From NCBI GenBank assembly GCA_044220955.1, contig JBGAQA010000002.1, forward strand, positions 1-64,000: a stretch of DNA of 64,000 bases, given 5' to 3'. The position numbers and the translations under genes were made by a program. Position 1 is the first letter of the stretch. Each line of letters opens with the position of its first letter. The notes beneath the pieces were generated by a model. That model did not search any database. It was not told the origin of the DNA and worked only from the letters and a program-made list of their open reading frames with translations. Positions 57,430-64,000 of this stretch are shown here, one piece after another. Source of the stretch: Sandaracinaceae bacterium. GTDB taxonomy: Bacteria; Myxococcota_A; Polyangia; Polyangiales; Sandaracinaceae.

Positions 57430-57747
57430 CTACGCGCGCGCGATGAACGCGTCGCAGGAGCCGTTCGGGTCGATGCTGCCGGGGACCGACGAGCACGTCC
57501 CGCAGGCATCGGGGGTCCCCGTGAAGAGCTGGCAGCCCGCGCAACGCCGCGCGGGGTCTGCCGCCACCTGGACGTAGTGCAGGCCCGAACGGATGGCCAG
57601 CTGGGGCGGCCCGAGGCCGTCCGTGGTGCAGCTGGGTCCGCCACCGCAGGACGTGAGGGCCGCGCCCAGCACTGGCGACGCTGCAATCACGACCAGCGCA
57701 CGACGCAAGAGGGTTCGCCGCCCGAGGATCTTGTCCGACTCGCTCAT
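57430..57747 (-). CDS. HiPIP-like high-potential iron-sulfur protein with Tat signal
   Basis: GRRTLL Tat motif; LHYV...CAGCQLF...C...IDPNGSCDAF; GAGGAG RBS. Confidence 0.85.
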   Translation of the reverse strand: MSESDKILGRRTLLRRALVVIAASPVLGAALTSCGGGPSCTTDGLGPPQLAIRSGLHYVQVAADPARRCAGCQLFTGTPDACGTCSSVPGSIDPNGSCDAFIARA

Positions 57748-57814
57748 GTCCAATCACTCCTCTGGCCGATCTTGGCCGGCCGTTCGTGCTTTAGGCGCTC
57801 GCCGCCAGCGAGCG

Positions 57815-57828
57815 CTGATCTAGATCAC
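57815..57828. promoter_or_regulatory. Fnr/DNR-type box between divergent hipip and ric
   Basis: CTGAT-CTAG-ATCAC; TGATCTAGATCA is a perfect palindrome. Confidence 0.8.
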
Positions 57829-57873
57829 CCCGCGAGGTGCGACAGTGCCTACGTCCGCGGGACGAGGTGCCTC

Positions 57874-58617
57874 GTGTCGCGTTCCGCGCCGATCGATCCG
57901 ACCATGCTCCTGCGCGACATCGTGCGCCAGCGTCCGGCCGCGATCGGCGTGCTGGACGCGTATCGCGTCGACTGGTGCTGCGGGTCGCGCCGGACGCTGG
58001 CCGAGGCCTGCGCGAGCGCGGGGGCGAAGCTCGCCGAGGTCATGGCGGCCCTCGAGAGAGGCGCCGCGCGGTCCGCCGACCCGCCGGCGTTCGCCGAGCT
58101 GGCGGGGCGCTCGGTGACGGAGCTCGTCGGTCTCGTGCGCGACGGGCACCACGCGTTCACGCGGGCGGAGGGACCTCGGCTGCGCTCGCTCGCGACCGAG
58201 GTCGCGGCGCGCCACGGTGCGGAGCACAGCGAGCTCGTCGCCGTCGAGGAGCTCGTGCAGGGTCTGTTCGACGCGCTCGAGACGCACATGATCAAGGAGG
58301 AGCGCGTCCTGTTCCCCTTCATCGTCGCCCTGGACGAGGCCGTGCGCGCGAACGCCCGGCCGCCCGCGGCCCCCTTCGGGCCCTTGTCCCGACCGATCCA
58401 GGCGATGGTCGCCGACCACGAGGAGGCCGGCCGCATCCTCGACGAGCTGGTGCGGGTCACGAACGGGTTCGAGATCCCCAGCCAGGCCTGCGCCAGCTGG
58501 TCGGCGCTCTACGAGGGCCTCCGGGCGCACCACGCCGATCTCAGGCGTCACGTCTGGATCGAGAACGAGCTATTGTTCCCTTCTGCCATCGTGCTGGAGC
58601 AGCGAGTGGCGCACTGA
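57874..58617 (+). CDS. ric: Iron-sulfur cluster repair di-iron protein (Ric/YtfE/ScdA)
   Basis: DWCCG, HHAF, HMIKEERVLFP, DHEEAG, HVWIENELLFP. Confidence 0.93.
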   Translation: MSRSAPIDPTMLLRDIVRQRPAAIGVLDAYRVDWCCGSRRTLAEACASAGAKLAEVMAALERGAARSADPPAFAELAGRSVTELVGLVRDGHHAFTRAEGPRLRSLATEVAARHGAEHSELVAVEELVQGLFDALETHMIKEERVLFPFIVALDEAVRANARPPAAPFGPLSRPIQAMVADHEEAGRILDELVRVTNGFEIPSQACASWSALYEGLRAHHADLRRHVWIENELLFPSAIVLEQRVAH

Positions 58618-58621
58618 ATCG

Positions 58622-59365
58622 ATGACCGGAACCGAGATCCCCGACGCCTCGAAGGCAGTGAGCGACCGCGCCCGGATCGCGCGACTGCTGGCGGCGGGAC
58701 GCATGTTCCGCGACTGCGACCCGACCTTCGTTCGAACGGTGTCCGACGCCTGCACCTTGAAGCGCTACCACCGAGGCGCCCGGATCTGGACCCGGGGCGA
58801 GCCCGCGGAGCACTTCCACCAGGTCACGCGCGGAGTGCTGGAGCTGCAGCGCGCGACCGCGGGGAGCGAGCCGACGCTCGTCGCGTTCTTCGGCCCGAGC
58901 GAGTATCCGGCGGTCCCGGTGGCGCTCGAGAGGCGCTCGTACATCGCCAATTCGGTCGCGAGCACCACCGAGCTCGAGGTGCTCCGCATCCCCGCTCACC
59001 TCGTGCTGCAGCGCCTGGAGCACGACCTGGCGCTCGGGACCGCGATGCGGCGCCTGCTGCTCGACCACGCGCGCCTCTTGCACTCGAAGATCGACGTGCT
59101 GACGGCCGGCTCCGTCCCGCGACGCATCGCCGTCTTCCTGCTCGACCTCGCCGATCGATTCGGCGACGAACGCGACGACGGGAGCACCGCGATCCCGCTC
59201 GCCCTGGCCCGCGCCCAGATCGCGAGCTACGTCGATGCGCGCGTCGAGACGGTGATCCGGTGCTTCAGCGCCTGGCGACGCGAGGGGCTGCTCGTGCTCG
59301 AGCCGGACGCGACGGTGCTTCCCTCCCCTGCCCGTATGCGGGCGCAGGTTCTCGACGAGATCTGA
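58622..59365 (+). CDS. Crp/Fnr-family regulator (DNR/NnrR/HcpR-like)
   Basis: cNMP-like domain + HTH IASYVDARVETVIR; no FNR-type N-terminal Cys cluster. Confidence 0.88.
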   Translation: MTGTEIPDASKAVSDRARIARLLAAGRMFRDCDPTFVRTVSDACTLKRYHRGARIWTRGEPAEHFHQVTRGVLELQRATAGSEPTLVAFFGPSEYPAVPVALERRSYIANSVASTTELEVLRIPAHLVLQRLEHDLALGTAMRRLLLDHARLLHSKIDVLTAGSVPRRIAVFLLDLADRFGDERDDGSTAIPLALARAQIASYVDARVETVIRCFSAWRREGLLVLEPDATVLPSPARMRAQVLDEI

Positions 59366-59386
59366 CGCCCCGCGGCCGCGCCCGTC

Positions 59387-60724
59387 TCAGGCGCGAAGCA
59401 GCTCCTCGGCCGCGTGCGTCCCGCTCGCGAGGCAGTCCGGTACGCCGACGCCCTCGTAGGCGTTGCCCGCCAGCGCGATCGGCCCGAGGGCTCGGGCTCC
59501 GACCCGGATGCGCTCGACGCGCGCCGTGTGACCGACGCCGTAGACGGGAAGTGCGCGCGGCCTGCGTCTCACGCGCACCCAGAGGGGCTCGGCCTCGAGC
59601 CCGACGAGCCTGCGGAGATCCTCGCGCGCGCCGCGGGCCACCTCGTCGAAAGGACGCTCCGAGCCGCCGACGACGGCCCGCACGACGAAGCGATCTGCGG
59701 GCGCGCGCCCGTGCCACTTCTCGCTCGCGAACGTGCAGGCGTGGGTCGCGAGGCCGAGGCGGGCCGCGACGACGAAGCCCGTTCCCGCGGGCAGGTGGCG
59801 GACCGCGTCGCGCGCGTAGGCGAGCGAGACGACGTCGACCGAGGAGTGCTCGATCGCGAGGAGCTCGGCGGCGAGGTCCGGATCGGCACGCTCGAGGAGC
59901 CGCGCCGACGCGTGGGCCGGCAGCGCGAGCACCAGCTGCCGGGCCTCGACGACGCTCCCGTCGGCGCAGCGGAGGGTGACCCCGCCTCGCTCGAGCGTGA
60001 GCCCCTGCACGTCGATGCCCGTCGTGATGCGGCCGCCCAGGCGCTCGGCCATCGCCAGGGCGATGCGACCCATGCCGCCTCGCAGCGTCACCAGGCCGGT
60101 CGGTCCCTCGAGCTTCCCGCGCCGGGCGACCCCCAGCGAGACGCTCCCGTGACGGCGCTCGAGCTCGACGAGCTGGGGCATCGCGGCCTGCGCCCCGAGG
60201 CGGCCCGCCCCGGCGCCATACACGCCCGCCATGAGCGGGTCGAAGAGCTCCTCCACCATCTCCGGCCCGAAGCGGCGCCCGACGAACGACGCGACGCTCT
60301 CGTCCGCGGCGGCGCGTCGAGCCGGGATGAATGGCTCGAGCGCCAGGCGCGCCCGTCCTCGGAGCGTGAGCACGTCGCTCGTCATCAGCGCCACGGCCGC
60401 GCTCGGCCGCAGCGCGAAGAGCCCCTCGGGGATCGGTCGCAGTCCGTGCTCCGAGGCGATCCAGGCGCGGCGCGGCGCCGGGCCGCCGTCGACGATGTCC
60501 GACGCGAGGTCGAGCTCGGCGAGCGTCCTTCCGGCGCCCTTCTTGTGCAGGAGCAGTCCGTCCGCCCCGTGCTCGAGCAGGACGCCGTCCTCCGTCGCCT
60601 CGCTCTCGACGAGCCCGCCGACGCGGTCGCTCTTCTCGAGGACGCGAACGTCCCGACCTGCCCGCGCCAGCGTCAGCGCCGCGGAGAGGCCCGCGACGCC
60701 GGCGCCGACCACGACCGTCGTCAC
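59387..60724 (-). CDS. hemY: HemY-type proto/coproporphyrinogen oxidase
   Basis: VVGAGVAGL, RVGG...EHGAD, GVYGA, LAGNAYEGVGVPDC. Confidence 0.9.
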   Translation of the reverse strand: MTTVVVGAGVAGLSAALTLARAGRDVRVLEKSDRVGGLVESEATEDGVLLEHGADGLLLHKKGAGRTLAELDLASDIVDGGPAPRRAWIASEHGLRPIPEGLFALRPSAAVALMTSDVLTLRGRARLALEPFIPARRAAADESVASFVGRRFGPEMVEELFDPLMAGVYGAGAGRLGAQAAMPQLVELERRHGSVSLGVARRGKLEGPTGLVTLRGGMGRIALAMAERLGGRITTGIDVQGLTLERGGVTLRCADGSVVEARQLVLALPAHASARLLERADPDLAAELLAIEHSSVDVVSLAYARDAVRHLPAGTGFVVAARLGLATHACTFASEKWHGRAPADRFVVRAVVGGSERPFDEVARGAREDLRRLVGLEAEPLWVRVRRRPRALPVYGVGHTARVERIRVGARALGPIALAGNAYEGVGVPDCLASGTHAAEELLRA

Positions 60725-61803
60725 GGCTGCCTCACCGGCCGCGGCAAGTATGCACACCCGGGATCCTCGGCCAGCGGGTCGCCGCTCGTCGCGTACGCGC
60801 GCGCGCGCGAGCCCCCGCACACGCGCCGGAACTCGCACAGACCGCACTTGCCTCCGAGAGCGTCCGCGTCGCGCAGCGATCGGAAGAGCGGGTGATCACG
60901 GTACGTCCGGGTGAGCCCCTCTCGTCGCACGTTGCCGCAGTCGACGGGGAGAAACCCGCTCGGGAAGATGTCACCGACGTGAGACACGAAGGCGACGCCC
61001 TGTCCGTCGGTCATCCCGCGCGGGGATCGGCCGATGCCGTCCTCCAGCCCGACGACGTCCTGCCGCGACACCTTGTGCGTCAAGAGCACGCGCCGCAGCT
61101 GCGGGGCCGCCGTGGTCTTCACGTCGAAGGGCGCCGACGCCGCGAGCTCCGCGAGCCACTCGAGCAGCGTCTCGACCTCGCCCGCGTCGAGCAGCACGTC
61201 GTGGATGGCACGGCCGGTGGGCACGACGACGAAGACGCTCCAGAGGGCGACGTCGAGCTCCCGGACCAGGCGCGCGACGTCCTCGAGCTCGTGCCGGTTC
61301 ATCCGCGTGACCGACGTGTTCACCTGCGTGGTCAGCCCGATCTGGCGGGCCGCACGCAGGAGCGACACCGTCCGCTCGAGCACGCCGTCGACCCCGCGGA
61401 ACCCGTCGTGCATCCCGCGCGTCGCGCCGTCGATCGAGAGGGCGAGGCGCGCGAGGCCGGCGGCGTGCAGCTCGCGCAGGAGCTCTTCCGTCACGAGCGG
61501 CGTCGCGCTCGGCGTCAGCGCCATGCGCAGCCCGATGCTCGTCCCGTAGCGGACGAGCTCGACGAGATCCTCGCGCTTGGCCGGATCGCCGCCGGTCAGG
61601 ACCACGAGGGGGACGCCCATCGCGTGGGCCTCGTCGAGGAGCGCCTTTCCCTCGGCGGTCGAGAGCTCGCGCGGGTCGCGCTCCGGAAGGGCGCACGCAC
61701 GGCAGTGACGGCAGGCGAGGTCACACGCGCGCGTGGTCTCCCAGAAGAGGATGAACGGCCTCTCGTCGAAGAGCCCGGCTCGCATGCCGGTCGCGCGCGC
61801 CAT
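60721..61803 (-). CDS. Radical SAM/SPASM protein of the NirJ/AhbD-like heme biosynthesis group
   Basis: WETTRACDLACRHC, LTGGDP, FVSHVGDIFPSGFL, GKCGLCEFRRVCGGSRARAYA...EDPGC. Confidence 0.85.
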   Translation of the reverse strand: MARATGMRAGLFDERPFILFWETTRACDLACRHCRACALPERDPRELSTAEGKALLDEAHAMGVPLVVLTGGDPAKREDLVELVRYGTSIGLRMALTPSATPLVTEELLRELHAAGLARLALSIDGATRGMHDGFRGVDGVLERTVSLLRAARQIGLTTQVNTSVTRMNRHELEDVARLVRELDVALWSVFVVVPTGRAIHDVLLDAGEVETLLEWLAELAASAPFDVKTTAAPQLRRVLLTHKVSRQDVVGLEDGIGRSPRGMTDGQGVAFVSHVGDIFPSGFLPVDCGNVRREGLTRTYRDHPLFRSLRDADALGGKCGLCEFRRVCGGSRARAYATSGDPLAEDPGCAYLPRPVRQP

Positions 61804-61887
61804 CGATCGTGCCTCCACGTGTGAGATACCCACCCGGGAGCGGCGGGACAGGTGCGGCGGTGCGGTGTCGCACGAGCGCGCCCGAGC

Positions 61888-61901
61888 ATGATCCAGATCA
61901 G
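61888..61901. promoter_or_regulatory. Fnr/DNR-type box upstream of norC
   Basis: ATGAT-CCAG-ATCAG. Confidence 0.8.
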
Positions 61902-61936
61902 AGGGCGCGTGTAGGGCGCGGGTAGTCACGACGGCG

Positions 61937-62650
61937 ATGCTGTCCAAGTCTGCTGCGAAGGCCTTCTTCCTCGGGGGAACCGCTCTGTGCGGCCTGGCGT
62001 TCATCGGCCTGACGGTCGATACGTTCGGGCGCATCCCCGCCCAGACCCACTCCGACGCGATCACGCCAGCCGTGGCGCGCGGAAAGGATCTCTGGGACTC
62101 GAGCAACTGCATGGGCTGCCACACGCTGCTCGGCGAGGGCGCGTACTACGCGCCGGAGCTGACGCGGGTGTACTCCCGCCGCGGGCCGGAGTTCATACGC
62201 GCGATGCTGCGTGATCCGGAGATGATGTACCCCGGTCAGCGGCGCATGCAGCGCTACGACTTCACCGAGACCGAGATCGACGACCTCGTCGCGTTCTTCG
62301 AGTGGACGGACGCGATGGACCTCAACGGCTTCCCCGCCCAGCCCGTGCTCGCGATGCGCACACCCCCGACCGGTGCCGTCGCGAGCGGTGAGCCCGACGA
62401 CGGCAGGCCCGCGATCTTCGGCCAGATGTGCGTGCCCTGCCACGCGCTCGGAGGACGCGGTGGCAACGTCGGACCTGCGCTCGACGGCGTCGCCGACCGC
62501 CTCGACGCCGACTTCTTCCCGCGCTGGCTGCGCGACCCGAACGCGGTGCGCCCCGGCACGCGCATGCCTCGCCTGCCACTCACCGACGCGCAGATCGACG
62601 AGCTGAGCACGTGGCTGCGCACCCAGCACGTCAGCGGAGGTCACTCGTGA
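61937..62650 (+). CDS. norC: Nitric oxide reductase subunit C, di-heme form
   Basis: MLSKSAAKAFF TM; CMGCHTLLGEGAYYAPELT; second CVPCH...GPAL...MP domain. Confidence 0.93.
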   Translation: MLSKSAAKAFFLGGTALCGLAFIGLTVDTFGRIPAQTHSDAITPAVARGKDLWDSSNCMGCHTLLGEGAYYAPELTRVYSRRGPEFIRAMLRDPEMMYPGQRRMQRYDFTETEIDDLVAFFEWTDAMDLNGFPAQPVLAMRTPPTGAVASGEPDDGRPAIFGQMCVPCHALGGRGGNVGPALDGVADRLDADFFPRWLRDPNAVRPGTRMPRLPLTDAQIDELSTWLRTQHVSGGHS

Positions 62651-64000
62651 AGTACGAATCGCAGCGCGTCTCCTGGTACTTCTTCGCGACCTGCATGCTG
62701 CTGTTCAGCCTGCAGATCGTCTACGGATTCATCATGGGGTTCGCGCACGCCGGCTACGACGGCCTGCACGACCTCATCCCCTTCCACACCGCCCGCGCGA
62801 CGCACACGAACCTGCTCGTGATGTGGCTGCTCTCCGGGTTCTTCGGCGCCGCGTACTACATCGTGCCCGAGGAGGCGGACCGCGAGCTCTACTGGCCGAA
62901 GCTCGCCTACGTGCAGTGGGGCGCGTTCGTGATCGTCGGCGTGACGGCGGTCGTCGGCTTCCACTTCGGCTGGTTCGAGGGCCGGAAGTTCCTCGAGATC
63001 CCGAGGCCGCTCGACTACCTCGTCGTGATCGACGTCCTGCTCTTCGTCGCCAACATCGGCATGACCGCGTGGAAGGGACGGCGCATCACCACGACGAGCT
63101 CCGTCCTCTTCTTCGGGCTCCTGATGGCCGCGCTCCTCTATCTGCCCGGGATGATCCCGACCGCGAGCCAGACCCTCGACTCCTACTGGCGCTGGTGGGT
63201 GGTCCACCTCTGGGTCGAGGGCGTCTGGGAGCTGATCATGGGCGCCATCCTGAGCTACCTCCTCATCAAGCTCACCGGGATGGACCGCGAGGTCGTGGAG
63301 AAGTGGCTCTACGTCATCGTGGGGATGACCTTCCTGTCCGGCATCCTCGGCACCGGCCACCACTACTACTTCATCGGCACGCCGCGTTACTGGCTGGCGA
63401 TCGGCGGCATCTTCAGCGCGCTCGAGCCCCTCGCCTTCCTCGGCATGGCCATCTACGCGATCACGATCGCGCGCAAGGGCGGGCGCCAGCACCCGAACCG
63501 CACGGCGCTCGCGTGGACCGTCGGCTGCGGCGTCATGAGCTTCGTCGGCGCGGGCTTCCTGGGCTTCGCGCACACGATCCCGCAGGTGAACCTCTACACC
63601 CACGGGACGCTGGTGACGGCGATGCACGGCCACATGGCGTTCTGGGGCGCCTACGCGATGATCGTCCTGGCGATCATCGCCTACGCGACGCCCGCCCTGA
63701 CGGGGCGGAGCCTGCACGACGCGACGAGCGCGACCTTCGCGTTCTGGACGTCGAACATCGGCATGATCGCGATGACCCTCGCGTTCGCGGTCGCCGGCGT
63801 CACGCAGGTGGTGCTCGAGCGGAGGCTCGGGATGGAGTTCCTCGACGTGCAGCGCGAGATCGAGGTGCACTTCTGGGGCCTCTTGCTCGCGGCGTCGCTC
63901 TTCACGCTCGGCATCATCGCGTACGTGTGGAACTTCATCCGTCACGGCATGCCGAAGGGCGAGGTCGAGCGCAACGAGCCGCCCGCCGCCGAGAAGTCGG
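62647..64000 (+). CDS. norB: Nitric oxide reductase subunit B (runs off the window end; absent from ORF track)
   Basis: GTGA overlap; HTNLL, WWVVHLWVEG, GTGHHYY, SALEP, HGHMAFWG. Confidence 0.95.
   Translation, partial: MKYESQRVSWYFFATCMLLFSLQIVYGFIMGFAHAGYDGLHDLIPFHTARATHTNLLVMWLLSGFFGAAYYIVPEEADRELYWPKLAYVQWGAFVIVGVTAVVGFHFGWFEGRKFLEIPRPLDYLVVIDVLLFVANIGMTAWKGRRITTTSSVLFFGLLMAALLYLPGMIPTASQTLDSYWRWWVVHLWVEGVWELIMGAILSYLLIKLTGMDREVVEKWLYVIVGMTFLSGILGTGHHYYFIGTPRYWLAIGGIFSALEPLAFLGMAIYAITIARKGGRQHPNRTALAWTVGCGVMSFVGAGFLGFAHTIPQVNLYTHGTLVTAMHGHMAFWGAYAMIVLAIIAYATPALTGRSLHDATSATFAFWTSNIGMIAMTLAFAVAGVTQVVLERRLGMEFLDVQREIEVHFWGLLLAASLFTLGIIAYVWNFIRHGMPKGEVERNEPPAAEKS

Noticed and set aside
60721..61803. 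RiPP maturase or heme d1 NirJ
   Set aside because: No precursor peptide or nirS/nirFDLGH nearby; coupling to hemY favours heme b synthesis
1..64000. tRNA, rRNA, transposase or prophage genes
   Set aside because: None recognised by eye; a covariance-model scan would be needed to exclude small RNAs

Overview
A very GC-rich window, most likely from a myxobacterium (Polyangiales/Sandaracinaceae-like). The inference rests on five eukaryote-type Ser/Thr kinase genes, MYXO-CTERM sorting tails, a TPR/PEGA protein and many Cys-rich lipoproteins. Housekeeping genes: corA, ruvC, radC, rpmH-rnpA-yidD-yidC-jag, ribA, pgi. Accessory content: secreted lectin/adhesin-like proteins, two VapBC-type toxin-antitoxin modules flanking a hexamer-repeat gene, a FAAL with tandem ACPs, and an ODP-like di-iron protein paired with a hybrid histidine kinase. 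The last ~11.5 kb is a nitrite/NO island: porin-sco-nirV-nirK::cyt c, HiPIP, ric, Crp/Fnr regulator, hemY, heme-type radical SAM, di-heme norC and norB (cut by the window end). Three TGA(T/C)-N4-ATCA boxes sit in its promoter regions. The most striking locus is a cobalamin-dependent radical SAM gene (11072-13345, minus strand). In one frame it continues into an internal lipoprotein-type signal peptide, three F-V-V-D-P-x-P repeats and a small beta domain, suggesting an enzyme fused to its own substrate. All calls come from motif recognition by eye; no database searches were run.
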